Part shown: positions 1 to 10,069 of the stretch, piece by piece
How the letters are laid out: each line of letters starts with the position of its first letter
Numbering within the stretch: the stretch's first letter is position 1
Source of the DNA: an uncultured virus (IMG/VR IMGVR_UViG_3300029319_000023)
Lineage: Duplodnaviria; Heunggongvirae; Uroviricota; Caudoviricetes
IMG/VR virus record: IMGVR_UViG_3300029319_000023
DNA: 64,000 bases
Reading direction: 5' to 3' (one strand)
Program-made: the position numbers and the translations under genes
The notes under the pieces: generated by a model
The model's input: the letters and a program-made list of their open reading frames with translations, nothing else
Databases searched by the model: none
What the model was told of the DNA's origin: nothing

Positions 1-1
1 C

Positions 2-1276
2 TTTTACATTTATAAGGGTGGTATGGCAGCTAATGATGGTTCAATTCTAGGATCTGCTGACGAGAAGATTGGTGGTAGAGGTATGCCATTTTATGATAAT
101 GAAATAGGTTCATTAAAAGAAGCAATTGGTGATACTGATGCTGATAATATTATCAGAGTTGGTATCTTCACTGATACTTCTGGTTCTGTTGGTGTTGGAT
201 CTACTGCAAGATACAAGATTGGTGATTATGTACAGGTCAACAATGAGATTATGAGAGTTTCCAGAAATGATCTTTCTGGTGTTAATAATGATGGTCTTAC
301 TGTTATTAGAGGTTACTTTGGTACAGAGAAGAAATCTCAACCTATTGATTCCAGAGTCAAGAAGATTAGGGCAATTCCTGTAGAACTTCGTAGAAACTCA
401 ATTCTAAGAGCATCAGGTCACACGTTTGAATATCTTGGTTATGGTCCAGGTAACTACTCTACTGGTCTACCTGCTGTTCAGAACATCACACTGACACCTA
501 TGGAAACTTTCCTTGCACAAGCACAGGAATTATCTGGTGGTGTTATTGTATACACTGGTATGAACAACGATGGTGACTTCTTTATTGGTAACAAGTCTGT
601 TTCTTCTGCAACTGGTAGAGAGACAAGTTATGATACTCCAATTGCATCTGTTACAGGTGAAGAGGGAACTGCTGTTATAGGTGACTTTGATGAAGTTACT
701 ATCTCCCAGAGACTTAAGGTTGAGGGTGGTGCGTCTAAGACGATCTTATCTCAGTTCGATGGTCCTGTAACATTCCAGAATGAGATAAAAATTAACGATG
801 ATGTATTGATTGATGGTGATAAATTTATTATTGATGCTAAGACACAATTAACTGGAGATTTCAATGTCACTGGTGATATAACTGCAACTGGTATCGGTTC
901 CTTTGGTGGAAATGGTAGTTTCGGTGGTGATGTAATTATTCAAGGTGCACTAACAGTTGGTTCACTTAACACTAACCAAAAAGTAGATGGTGATACTATT
1001 GAACTTGGTACAGTCGCATTTGTTAATACTACTTCTGGAACTGTTGCACTTACTGTTCCAGATCCAGGAACTGCTGCTAAGTCATTTAAAGTTATTGATG
1101 TTGCTGGTAATGCATCTGTCAATAATATTACACTTACATTCCAGACAACTGCACCTAATCCCACAAGAAATGTGATGGGATACAGTGAAACTTCATTCAT
1201 TATTAACCAAGATCATGCAGCGATTGGATTTGTATTCAATACCAACGATAATAATTGGTATCCTACCGAGTTCTAA
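2..1276 (+). CDS. C-terminal part of a large tail fibre / virion structural protein (5' end lies before the window)
   Basis: Frame is open from base 2, upstream of the ATG at 23. Gly/Thr/Val-rich with beta-helix-like G-x-(V/L) runs. Motifs ILRASGHTFEYLGYGPGNYSTGLP and YTGMNNDGDFFIGN are typical of cyanophage fibre proteins. Confidence 0.7.
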   Translation, partial: FYIYKGGMAANDGSILGSADEKIGGRGMPFYDNEIGSLKEAIGDTDADNIIRVGIFTDTSGSVGVGSTARYKIGDYVQVNNEIMRVSRNDLSGVNNDGLTVIRGYFGTEKKSQPIDSRVKKIRAIPVELRRNSILRASGHTFEYLGYGPGNYSTGLPAVQNITLTPMETFLAQAQELSGGVIVYTGMNNDGDFFIGNKSVSSATGRETSYDTPIASVTGEEGTAVIGDFDEVTISQRLKVEGGASKTILSQFDGPVTFQNEIKINDDVLIDGDKFIIDAKTQLTGDFNVTGDITATGIGSFGGNGSFGGDVIIQGALTVGSLNTNQKVDGDTIELGTVAFVNTTSGTVALTVPDPGTAAKSFKVIDVAGNASVNNITLTFQTTAPNPTRNVMGYSETSFIINQDHAAIGFVFNTNDNNWYPTEF

Positions 1277-1281
1277 TCGCA

Positions 1282-1288
1282 CTAAATA
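1282..1288 (+). promoter_or_regulatory. T4-type late promoter (CTAAATA)
   Basis: Variant of TATAAATA, intergenic, 35 nt before the ATG at 1324. Confidence 0.6.
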
Positions 1289-1323
1289 CTTAAAATAGTA
1301 TCCCGCGCTATAACTATTGAATA

Positions 1324-4089
1324 ATGGCACAAAATTTTAGAAAGGTATTTACGGTCAGAGATGGTATCCAGGTATCTGGAGAATCTCTAGTCGTCGCTAA
1401 TAATCGAGTTGGTATTGGTACTTCTACCCCGTCAAGACAGGCAGAAGTAGTTGGCGAACTCTTAGTTTCTGGTAAACTATCCAACACTGGTGTGGTTTCT
1501 TTCCGAAACTTAGAATTATCTGGTATAACAACTTTCTATGAGTTTGATGATGTAACGGGATATAAAGGATTAGGTGCGGGTACAACTAATCCAGGTACTG
1601 TTATTGGTATTGGTACTAGTTACGCTGGTATTCAGACTGGTGCAACAATGCAGGTTGGATTTGGTATTACAATGTTTGCCAATTCAGGTAGATTTGAAGC
1701 AGTTGCATTTCATGGTGATGGATCTACATTATCTAATGTTCCTATCTCTGGTTGGACATCTACATCTGAACAACCGCCAGCTCTGGTTGCAGCAAATACG
1801 GAAGACATTTATAGACTGTGTAGTGTAGGTATTGGTACTACGATTGTAACCCACCGATTAACGGTGAAGACAGGTAATTTTGACGGGGATGATATAAAGG
1901 GAGATATTTTTGTAGATCAACATGGACAGTTTGGTGGTATTGTAACAGCAGCTTCTTATAGAGGTGATTTATCATTCATGTCTGGTATCGCCCAGACTGC
2001 AGGATTTGCTAGGACGGCATTTGGATTACAGGGAGATCCCACTATTGGTATTACAACCCTGACTGCATTGGGTGCTGCAACAATTAATGGTAAGGTTGCA
2101 ATTAATACGTCAATTAACCATGAGATTATAGGTGCTGGTGTTAGTGTTACTGGTATTGTAACAGCAACAGCAGGTTTTGCAGGTTCGATTACTGGTGATG
2201 TAACAGGTAATGCCACAGGTCTACGATTAGATCCTGATATTTCCGTAAGTAATATATTTGCCAAAACAGTTGGTATTGGTACTACAAATACTGGTATTGC
2301 AGTAACAAGTAATGGTGGTGTACTTATTGATGGTCTATTAGACCCAACTGGTAACACTTATTCTGGTATTGCTACAGACAACGAACCACCTAATTATCAT
2401 GTATTCCTAAGAAATACGGATGATAAAGATGCTGCCACTATTGGTGTGGGATTTGGTATCGGCATGGGTAATACTGCTGGTGGTGCACTTGTTTATGAGC
2501 AAACTGGTAATGAAGGTGGTAATATTTCGGTATATACAAGAAATTCAACAAGTGCAAGAGCACAAAGAAGATTTACTGTAGGTCAAGAAGGAAACGTTGG
2601 TGTCGGTACCTCACGACCAGGCAAACCACTTTCCGTGATAGGCGATGCTGAATACTATGGTAATGCAGAATTTATTGGTTCAGGAGTAACATTCAGTAAT
2701 GGTACAAACTTAAATGTTGAACTCTTTACTCAAGGAACATTTGCAGGTATTCTGACTGGTCTGACTGCGGTTAAGGCAGAAGATATAAACTATGCGACAG
2801 GTGAAAGAAGTACATTTGGTCTAACTCACTTTAATACATCTACTGGTTTAGGTGTTTCTATTGGTGAACAAACCTCAGGATTGTATGTCGGTCAACCAAG
2901 AGTTGTTATTAATCCTGCTGGTGTTTCAAGTACCATTGATGCTCAGTATACAACATTTGCAAACGGTGGATCTATGTACATAGGTGCTCAAGGTTTAGCA
3001 AGTAAAATTGTTATTGCCAATGATGCCTGTATTGCATTCGCAACTGATAATTACTTACCTGGTATTGTTGCTGACTTAACACCATATTATCTCTCTTCAG
3101 GATTAGGTGGTTACACTGGTATTACTTCAGGATTCCTAAGGTTACCTGTTAACGGAGACCAAAGAGAAAGTGGTATCTTCACTCCTGGTACTTATTCAGC
3201 AGCAGAAGACACAGGATTCTGGGGTCTAGAAGCATTTACTAATGAAGTTGGTTTCGAGTTCATTGCACCCGTAACAAAGACAAGAGTTGGTCTTGGAACT
3301 ACCAACTTTGGTATTACCATGCAGTTCAACTGTCATGCTCCTACTCCAAACGTTGTACAATGGTTCGGATTACCTAAGTGTAGTGTAGAAGCAAGAAATC
3401 AAACAGATTACTTATGGGCGAACTCTGTGGGTATTTCATCTGGTATGTTGTTCTGGGATCAGACGTCAGAACGAATGGCATATCTGGGAAGACCTGAGGA
3501 CTTTACTTCTGGTTATGATGCTTCGTTCAGGAGGGTAGTTAGTTCTAAGGATATTTTTGAATTGGTTGGTATTGCCACAGTAACAACCAATACTGCATAT
3601 CAGTTGGGAACATTTACTGGTGGTACGATCACTAACAACACCACGATCAAGAATGCCCTACAGCAATTAGAGACGGAAGTTGAAACAAAAGCATCAAGTG
3701 CTTCTGTACCAACAACTGTTATCGGATTGAATAGTGTAAATGATATCACTGGTAACAGTAATAAAACTGTAGATGCTGCGGTGTATAATAAAATTTACTG
3801 GACAGCAGCATTCAGTAATAACAGAGATCTGAATATTAGTAATCTAACAGCAGGAAGAGAAATTACTGTTTGGATTAGAAACACTGGTACTCAAGAGAAC
3901 ATCACTGTTCAGGCATCAACCAGTACTTCAGGATATGGTGATGTAAAATTAGCAGATGATGATACTAATGATGGATCAGAGTTAACTACATTTACTCTTG
4001 GTGATGGTACTGGTTCAAATGGTATAGCAGAAGTCCATGTTATTAATATTGGTGGTAACTTTATCGGACATGTTATAGGTAATGTCTAA
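1324..4089 (+). CDS. Tail fibre-like protein with VGIGT repeats
   Basis: 921 aa; repeated VGIGT/VGVGT, GIVTA and GDGSTLSN motifs typical of cyanomyovirus fibres; short coiled-coil segment near the C-terminus. Confidence 0.75.
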   Translation: MAQNFRKVFTVRDGIQVSGESLVVANNRVGIGTSTPSRQAEVVGELLVSGKLSNTGVVSFRNLELSGITTFYEFDDVTGYKGLGAGTTNPGTVIGIGTSYAGIQTGATMQVGFGITMFANSGRFEAVAFHGDGSTLSNVPISGWTSTSEQPPALVAANTEDIYRLCSVGIGTTIVTHRLTVKTGNFDGDDIKGDIFVDQHGQFGGIVTAASYRGDLSFMSGIAQTAGFARTAFGLQGDPTIGITTLTALGAATINGKVAINTSINHEIIGAGVSVTGIVTATAGFAGSITGDVTGNATGLRLDPDISVSNIFAKTVGIGTTNTGIAVTSNGGVLIDGLLDPTGNTYSGIATDNEPPNYHVFLRNTDDKDAATIGVGFGIGMGNTAGGALVYEQTGNEGGNISVYTRNSTSARAQRRFTVGQEGNVGVGTSRPGKPLSVIGDAEYYGNAEFIGSGVTFSNGTNLNVELFTQGTFAGILTGLTAVKAEDINYATGERSTFGLTHFNTSTGLGVSIGEQTSGLYVGQPRVVINPAGVSSTIDAQYTTFANGGSMYIGAQGLASKIVIANDACIAFATDNYLPGIVADLTPYYLSSGLGGYTGITSGFLRLPVNGDQRESGIFTPGTYSAAEDTGFWGLEAFTNEVGFEFIAPVTKTRVGLGTTNFGITMQFNCHAPTPNVVQWFGLPKCSVEARNQTDYLWANSVGISSGMLFWDQTSERMAYLGRPEDFTSGYDASFRRVVSSKDIFELVGIATVTTNTAYQLGTFTGGTITNNTTIKNALQQLETEVETKASSASVPTTVIGLNSVNDITGNSNKTVDAAVYNKIYWTAAFSNNRDLNISNLTAGREITVWIRNTGTQENITVQASTSTSGYGDVKLADDDTNDGSELTTFTLGDGTGSNGIAEVHVINIGGNFIGHVIGNV

Positions 4090-4157
4090 TACCCCTGACA
4101 TTACTTGATGTCCCGAAAAAAGTGTGGTTAAATAATACTAATCACACTCATCAGTTT

Positions 4158-4451
4158 ATGTTATCAACCCAATATCGCCTTAGACTAGAAGGCATTTGCA
4201 AGGACATTGCATCAGGAACACAAGTCAGCATAGACGATATGATATGGGCACAGAAATTAGCAAAAGCAAATACAAGTGCAAGGGGAATGTTAAGTAAGGC
4301 AAGAAGGATGGCAACTGATCCAGATGGATCTTGTTTAAAATTTCTAGACATAGGAGATCCAAAAACAGACAAGAGAGGATTTAATGGTGCAGATGATATA
4401 GCAGATTGGTTCAAGAATGATAGATCAGACGATTGGAGACAACGTGACTAA
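4158..4451 (+). CDS. Cyanophage-type hypothetical protein (MLSTQYRLRLEGICKDIA...DWRQRD)
   Basis: ATG at 4158 preferred over GTG at 4122; late-promoter-like TTAAATA at 4128-4134. Confidence 0.65.
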   Translation: MLSTQYRLRLEGICKDIASGTQVSIDDMIWAQKLAKANTSARGMLSKARRMATDPDGSCLKFLDIGDPKTDKRGFNGADDIADWFKNDRSDDWRQRD

Positions 4452-4776
4452 AGGATACGATTTATTTGGAGATCATGGTAGAAACCTACCCACTCCTCAT
4501 GGTAGTGGTGCAAGACCCATGTATGCTGACATGGGTAAGTCATGTAAACCAGATCCAAATAGAAAGATTGAATATCCTTGTGTTATTGCTTTGTTCACTC
4601 TTGACTCACATAACACCAGTTACTTTTATAAGAGAGAGGATGGCACATATTATTGGCATCATTGTCGTAAAGAAAAGGATGATGTATATGTCGATGCAGA
4701 TGAGTTACAATTAAATCTTCTAGGAGAGGATCCTATTTTAAGTAAAGAATATATAATGAAGGCACTGTATTACTAA
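4444..4776 (+). CDS. Hypothetical protein
   Basis: ORF track 4417-4776; GTG at 4444 overlaps the preceding stop; stop overlaps the next start (TAATG). Confidence 0.55.
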   Translation: MTKGYDLFGDHGRNLPTPHGSGARPMYADMGKSCKPDPNRKIEYPCVIALFTLDSHNTSYFYKREDGTYYWHHCRKEKDDVYVDADELQLNLLGEDPILSKEYIMKALYY

Positions 4777-5015
4777 TGCAATCAGTAATTTATTCTAACG
4801 GAAACCAAGAATGTGAACGTGCTGTTTCACTTCTAAAAACTTTGGGTCATGATATACATGAGTACAAGGTGGGAGATGACTTCACGCAGACAGAATTTGA
4901 AATGGAGTTTGGTGGGGATGCCAATTATCCTATGATTACTGTTGGTATGTTCAGAGGTACATTAAAAGAGACTCTACAATATATGAGTAAGAAAGGTATG
5001 TTGACAAGAAGTTAA
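4776..5015 (+). CDS. Glutaredoxin-like protein (single Cys)
   Basis: 79 aa; VIYSNGNQECERAVSLL...EFG...YPMI...GTLKET fits the glutaredoxin fold with a degenerate CxxC. Confidence 0.65.
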   Translation: MQSVIYSNGNQECERAVSLLKTLGHDIHEYKVGDDFTQTEFEMEFGGDANYPMITVGMFRGTLKETLQYMSKKGMLTRS

Positions 5016-5029
5016 AAATACACTACAAT
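5001..5029 (+). promoter_or_regulatory. Sigma70-type promoter
   Basis: TTGACA (5001-5006), 17 nt, TACAAT (5024-5029). Confidence 0.75.
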
Positions 5030-5035
5030 AATATT

Positions 5036-5416
5036 ATGAAAATTTTACTAACAACCCTAATCACACTAGGTTCTATATCACCTGTTTTTGCAGATCAAAA
5101 GGCAGGATATTCAGAAGATAGAACTTGCTATAAAACTGAATACAGAGAAGAGTATGTACCAGGCACTCTAGAGAATCCAGGTTACATAAGAACATACAAT
5201 GAAACAGTAGAAGTTCCTTGTAGAGATCGTGGTGGATACACCAGAAGAGAGACAATTGAGTACGATAACAATGATTGTACAGATGGAAAGATAGCAGGTG
5301 GTCTTCTTGGAGGTGCTGCTGGTGCTGCCATGTCAAGAGACGATGGAAGATGGTGGGCAATTCCACTAGGTATTGTGGTAGGTAGTACTATTGGTTGTGA
5401 TGTGGATGGTGGTTAA
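5036..5416 (+). CDS. Secreted/membrane protein with glycine-zipper C-terminus
   Basis: Signal peptide (MKILLTTLITLGSISPVFA); GGLLGGAAGAA...WWAIPLGIVVGSTIG glycine zipper. Confidence 0.7.
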   Translation: MKILLTTLITLGSISPVFADQKAGYSEDRTCYKTEYREEYVPGTLENPGYIRTYNETVEVPCRDRGGYTRRETIEYDNNDCTDGKIAGGLLGGAAGAAMSRDDGRWWAIPLGIVVGSTIGCDVDGG

Positions 5417-5889
5417 TGAGTGATATACAATTTAGAAGACACCGTGTGTTCAGAGAAACGGACAGTGTTATCTTTTATGATATATCTGTAGAGGAATCTA
5501 ATGCCAGTGACCTTGTGGTACACACAGGTCCTGCTATATCTCCACCACCTGATTGTGTTGGAAGTAAACAGTTTTATATTCATAGTTTTCAAGACGATGT
5601 TAATAGAGTAATACAAGGTGAGAGAACCTTTGAGTTAGTAAATAAAGATTGGAAATATCCATATCACATAGTACATCTTAATGTACATAGTGGTGCACTA
5701 GTAATACCTCGTGGTACATTTCATAGGTCAGAATCAGGAGAGAGTGGATCAATAGTAATCAATCAGGCAAAGAGATATGATGGGTTTGATCCTAATTGTG
5801 AGTTCGACCCAGTATCCACAGCAGAGAACAGAGATCTATATAATATATTAAGACACGAAAAACCTGTTGTACACACACTAGGCGAATGA
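5416..5889 (+). CDS. RmlC-like cupin protein
   Basis: FYIHSFQDD...LVIPRGTFHRS cupin motifs. Confidence 0.65.
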   Translation: MSDIQFRRHRVFRETDSVIFYDISVEESNASDLVVHTGPAISPPPDCVGSKQFYIHSFQDDVNRVIQGERTFELVNKDWKYPYHIVHLNVHSGALVIPRGTFHRSESGESGSIVINQAKRYDGFDPNCEFDPVSTAENRDLYNILRHEKPVVHTLGE

Positions 5890-6143
5890 AGTATACATGG
5901 TTACTACCAATAATAATCACAGCATGTGGTACTGCACCAGTGACAGATCCACCTGCACATGCCTTGGATGTTGATGAGAATGCAATAGAAAAGATAATGC
6001 GTTATGCAGAGGGATATAGAACAACAGTAATAAATCCTGATATTGAATCCATGCTAAATAGTGCACTACTAGAATTCAACCATGGCAGCAATGATACCAC
6101 CGAGTCGGAAGAGTTGTTACAACTTCCGAGTGACAGAGATTAA
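5886..6143 (+). CDS. Putative lipoprotein
   Basis: Short signal peptide with lipobox-like ITA-C; ATGA overlap with the upstream stop. Confidence 0.55.
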   Translation: MKYTWLLPIIITACGTAPVTDPPAHALDVDENAIEKIMRYAEGYRTTVINPDIESMLNSALLEFNHGSNDTTESEELLQLPSDRD

Positions 6144-6546
6144 CAGAGTATTAGACGGAGATACAATAGATGTTACAATTGACTTAGGATTTGACCTTTA
6201 TAAGAAAGAACGTGTTAGAATAGCAGGGGTTGATACACCTGAAAAACGTACACGCAATTTGGAGGAGAAAGCACTTGGAATCGACGCAACAAACTGGCTC
6301 AAAGAGAAATTGGATGGTGCCATTGCTGGTGACGACGAGCTTACTATTAGGACTGAACTTGATGGTGGCGTCGGCAAATATGGTCGTCTTCTGGGGTGGT
6401 TATATATCGGGGATGGGGACGTGTCGCTTAATGAACAAATGATTACCGAAGGATATGCTCACGCATATGATGGAGGTACAAAAGACATGAACTTAGAAGC
6501 ACTACGTGAGATACGTAGATCATTTGGTACTCTAGATGCTGGCTAA
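6082..6546 (+). CDS. Staphylococcal nuclease (thermonuclease) family protein
   Basis: RVLDGDTI, RVRIAGVDTPE, GKYGRLLG and LNEQMITEGYA motifs; late-promoter-like CTAAATA at 6054-6060. Confidence 0.9.
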   Translation: MAAMIPPSRKSCYNFRVTEINRVLDGDTIDVTIDLGFDLYKKERVRIAGVDTPEKRTRNLEEKALGIDATNWLKEKLDGAIAGDDELTIRTELDGGVGKYGRLLGWLYIGDGDVSLNEQMITEGYAHAYDGGTKDMNLEALREIRRSFGTLDAG

Positions 6547-6919
6547 ACTTTGGAAATCGTATACTAAATTTTGTGGAAAATTAGTTAACGTTGATCATGA
6601 TAAAGAATGGGCAGACCTTAAAGAAAGATGGAAAGGTATGCGAAAGAGTCCGAAAGAATTTGTCAGATTATACATTGAAAAGGTAAAAGAAAACTTCAAG
6701 TGGGCGAAAGGATACAAAGACTTTCCAATTTATAAAATTGGTTCGGGTGTTATGATAACAACAATCTTTATTACTTCTGTACCTGAAAAGATTAGTAACC
6801 ATTTAAGTATACAAAGACTTAAGTATAATTTAGAAAATTGTGATTGTACTGATGAACGGAAACTTCTTATGATAGAAGAATACGAGAACAAGAGAAAACT
6901 TGAACAATATGGAGGATAG
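6536..6919 (+). CDS. Hypothetical Lys-rich protein
   Basis: 127-aa ORF filling the gap between the nuclease gene and a terminator. Confidence 0.55.
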   Translation: MLAKLWKSYTKFCGKLVNVDHDKEWADLKERWKGMRKSPKEFVRLYIEKVKENFKWAKGYKDFPIYKIGSGVMITTIFITSVPEKISNHLSIQRLKYNLENCDCTDERKLLMIEEYENKRKLEQYGG

Positions 6920-6930
6920 GTAACTGTCAC

Positions 6931-6955
6931 AAGCCCCTTACATAAGGGGTTTTTT
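6931..6955 (+). terminator. Rho-independent terminator overlapping an early-type promoter
   Basis: CCCCTT-ACAT-AAGGGG followed by a T run; TGTCAC at 6925-6930 and TATAAT at 6961-6966. Confidence 0.7.
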
Positions 6956-6987
6956 AGTGCTATAATATTAGTATCTAAAGAAAACTG

Positions 6988-8175
6988 ATGCAACTAAGAC
7001 CACACCAAGAGCAAGCAATTCAATCAATGACTGATAATGACAAAGGACAAGTCATTGTTCCTACTGGTGGTGGTAAGACCATCTGTATGATTATGGATGC
7101 TGTCAAGCAGTTAGAAGATTATGGTACAGTTGTAGTTGTTGCACCACGCATACTACTTGCAGAGCAACTATCACATGAGTTTATGGAAATCATTAATGAT
7201 CACTACAGTGATGTTGATGTAATGCATGTACACAGTGGTAGAATCAAAGGTGTATTCAGTAGCACTAGTCCATTTGAGATACAAGCATTTGTTGAGCAAA
7301 ACTCAGTAAACTTTATTAGTAGAACTATTATATTCACAACATATCATTCATTACACAGAGTTCAAGAAAGTGGTATCGATGTTGATACTATCTACTTTGA
7401 TGAAGCACACAACTCAGTTCAAAAGAACTTTATTGAACCAGTTGAGTATTTCTCAATATATGCAGGTAGATCATACTTCTTTACTGCAACACCAAAGCAT
7501 AGTTTCACACCTATGAAAGTTGGTATGAATGATACTGACATCTTTGGTAATGTTATTTGTCAAGTACCTGCACCTAAGTTAGTCAAGCAAGGATACATAC
7601 TACCACCTAAAGTTCAGGTGTTTCGTTCAAGAATACTCAAGAAAGATGAGTTAGTTGCAGAAAGAGACAATGAGCAAATGATCAGTGCGATTGACAATCT
7701 TGATAAGGACAAGGTACTGATATGTGCCAAGTCAACTAAACAGATTGTTGCACTTGTATCACAGACAGATTTTGTACAGCAACTTGCTATCCGTGGTTAT
7801 TCTTGGATGACTATTACATCAAAGACAGGTGCTATCATTGATGGTGAGAAGGTTGACAGAGAGACATTCTTTGATACACTTAATGATTGGGGTAGAACAG
7901 GCAAGAAGTTTGTTGTACTGCATCACAGCATACTCTCAGAGGGCATCAATGTCAATGGTCTTGAAGCAGTATTGTTCATGAGATCCATGGACTACATAGG
8001 TATAAGTCAGACGATTGGGAGGGTCATTCGTAAAGGAGATGTGGACAAAGTATTCGGTCTTGTTTGTGTTCCAGTTTACTCTAATGTTGGTATCTCTACA
8101 GCAAGAAAGGTTGAAGCAGTAGTAGATACTATATTCAACAGAGGAGAAGCAGCAACTACAGTGATTACACGATGA
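6988..8175 (+). CDS. Superfamily 2 DEAH-box helicase (ResIII-like)
   Basis: Q motif LRPHQ, Walker A PTGGGKT, DEAH, TAT, LSEGINV, QTIGRVIR. Confidence 0.92.
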   Translation: MQLRPHQEQAIQSMTDNDKGQVIVPTGGGKTICMIMDAVKQLEDYGTVVVVAPRILLAEQLSHEFMEIINDHYSDVDVMHVHSGRIKGVFSSTSPFEIQAFVEQNSVNFISRTIIFTTYHSLHRVQESGIDVDTIYFDEAHNSVQKNFIEPVEYFSIYAGRSYFFTATPKHSFTPMKVGMNDTDIFGNVICQVPAPKLVKQGYILPPKVQVFRSRILKKDELVAERDNEQMISAIDNLDKDKVLICAKSTKQIVALVSQTDFVQQLAIRGYSWMTITSKTGAIIDGEKVDRETFFDTLNDWGRTGKKFVVLHHSILSEGINVNGLEAVLFMRSMDYIGISQTIGRVIRKGDVDKVFGLVCVPVYSNVGISTARKVEAVVDTIFNRGEAATTVITR

Positions 8176-9008
8176 ACATTTGGGAAACACACGACCTGTC
8201 TAATATGCGTAGAGTCCCCTTACCAAAGGGGGACTTTTACTATGTCATGGATGAATTTTATAAGTATCCTGATCTTGTAGTAAAAGAGATCAAGAAGTTA
8301 ACTCCTGCTACCTTTAAAATTAGACAGATTGAAGAAGATGAATCATCATATAATGATAAGTTTTTTAGAGATCATAGAGGAGAAGGAATGTACAGAGGTC
8401 TGTATCGATTGACCTATGATCTAGGTAAGATTATAAAACAAAAACCCATCAATACAGATCAAATGGAAGAGTATAAGATGGGAACTTTGTACACTAATCA
8501 TGCCACAATTTATAGACATCCATTTAATGAATTGAAGGACTCCTATTGGTATCCTCACATTGACTCAGGGTGGAATGGAATTGTATACTTGAATAAGAAT
8601 GACTCAGGGAAGAATGGTACAAACATATATTCGGTCATGAGAAATAAAAAACGGATCATTGATAGGAACATGAACTCCCATGAACATCATTACCCATATA
8701 TTTCAAAAAGTCAAATAGATCGTCTTGCTTACATACCATCAACATTCAATAAGTTTGCATTTTACAATGGAGTCAAGTACTTTCATGGTATGCATATTGG
8801 GGATGAACAATACGTATGTGATATAGGAGAAGAGTTAGAAGAAGAAAGGATAAATCAGGTATTCTTCTTCCGTAATCAACCTGCTATTGTTAGAAATAGT
8901 TTTGCTTCAATGATATTTTATAGACACTCAGGACCAGTTGGAAGAGTGGCTGATTTTCTAAGAAAAATATTAAAAATGCTTGCATGGAGGGTGCATACTG
9001 GGGTATAA
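8172..9008 (+). CDS. Putative 2OG-Fe(II) oxygenase
   Basis: PHxD (YPHIDSG), GIVYLN, GT, distal FHG and RINQVFF fit the double-stranded beta-helix oxygenase pattern. Confidence 0.7.
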   Translation: MNIWETHDLSNMRRVPLPKGDFYYVMDEFYKYPDLVVKEIKKLTPATFKIRQIEEDESSYNDKFFRDHRGEGMYRGLYRLTYDLGKIIKQKPINTDQMEEYKMGTLYTNHATIYRHPFNELKDSYWYPHIDSGWNGIVYLNKNDSGKNGTNIYSVMRNKKRIIDRNMNSHEHHYPYISKSQIDRLAYIPSTFNKFAFYNGVKYFHGMHIGDEQYVCDIGEELEEERINQVFFFRNQPAIVRNSFASMIFYRHSGPVGRVADFLRKILKMLAWRVHTGV

Positions 9009-9009
9009 T
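8980..9009 (+). promoter_or_regulatory. Sigma70-type promoter for the endonuclease gene
   Basis: TTGCAT (8980-8985), 18 nt, TATAAT (9004-9009). Confidence 0.55.
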
Positions 9010-9015
9010 AATAAC

Positions 9016-9822
9016 ATGGATAAGCAAACAGAATTTATTAATTTAATAGATCATCACTTCAGTGGTCTACGTCAAGAGATTAAGAACTCTCTTAAGTTTA
9101 ACGATGGTGTCTCCTTTGACACTGGTAAGTTTGGTGAGCGTGTGAACTTTGTTCTACATGATACCACAGGTGTTCCATCTAATGGTGGATGTGCATTTGA
9201 TGCTGCTAACGGTGCAGAAGCAAAGGCATGTAACAAGGCACAGACATATGTGTGTCCTGATTGTGGTTCTAAGAACAACTATTATGCTCATGAGTGTCAC
9301 AAGTGTGGTAGCACTGAGCGTAGAGACCCTAATGATACTCGTTGGGGTATTGATACTGAAGCACATTTCAAGTATGTTGATCAAATGCCATACTACTGCT
9401 TCACTATCATCACTCCTTTAAATCGTAGTGTAGAGAATCCTAAGTTTAACATACAAGTCTATCGTATTGACACTAAGAATAAGTTTTTTAATGATATGCT
9501 TTGCTATCAGTTAGAGCATGGTAAGAAAGCACATAAGAACTTTATGCCACTTGGTCGTGATTTCTACATGTCATCACCTAAAATGCTAGTGGATTGTAAT
9601 GTTTCTCTCAGTGATGAAGTTGATGTTGAGTTCAAGGAGTTCAATACTGATGGACGTGAGATAGAAACCATACCTCTTAGTTTGTTTACGAAATCAGAAC
9701 AAGAGCAGTTGCAATCTGTCGATGGATCATGTATAATAACTGAAGCAGTTAATGTCATAGGAGTCAAGAAATCTACCCATGGCAAAGAACGTGGAACTCT
9801 CAACCGTAACAACAGGAGGTAA
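9016..9822 (+). CDS. Putative PD-(D/E)xK endonuclease with Zn ribbon, MamI restriction endonuclease-like
   Basis: GKFGE...D-AANGAEAKAC catalytic-like motif, then CPDC...CHKC-GS...DTRW, and C-terminal KNFMP..DFY; order recalled as matching the MamI family (not searched). Confidence 0.55.
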   Translation: MDKQTEFINLIDHHFSGLRQEIKNSLKFNDGVSFDTGKFGERVNFVLHDTTGVPSNGGCAFDAANGAEAKACNKAQTYVCPDCGSKNNYYAHECHKCGSTERRDPNDTRWGIDTEAHFKYVDQMPYYCFTIITPLNRSVENPKFNIQVYRIDTKNKFFNDMLCYQLEHGKKAHKNFMPLGRDFYMSSPKMLVDCNVSLSDEVDVEFKEFNTDGREIETIPLSLFTKSEQEQLQSVDGSCIITEAVNVIGVKKSTHGKERGTLNRNNRR

Positions 9823-9928
9823 ACTATCTCATCTGAAACATTATTAAAGATACTCAAGATTGTCACTGTACAAAAGGTTGAGTATCCGCCTATTCGTAGG
9901 CACTACAGGTCACATTTATACGGATGAT

Positions 9929-10069
9929 ATGAACTGTTGGCACTGTCAAACTGAACTTATCTGGGGAGGAGATCATGACCTTGATGACCCAGAGTATGAT
10001 ATAGTTACTAACTTATCATGTCCACAGTGTAATTCTTATGTGGAGGTATACCATGTACGAACTGACTGA
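9929..10069 (+). CDS. Small Zn-ribbon protein
   Basis: MNCWHC...LIWGGDHD...LSCPQC; ATG at 9929. Confidence 0.65.
   Translation: MNCWHCQTELIWGGDHDLDDPEYDIVTNLSCPQCNSYVEVYHVRTD

Noticed and set aside
8931..8952. Additional early palindrome GGACCA-N10-TGGCTG
   Set aside because: The right half is degenerate and no -10 box lies 30-31 nt downstream; the nearby promoter is explained by TTGCAT/TATAAT.
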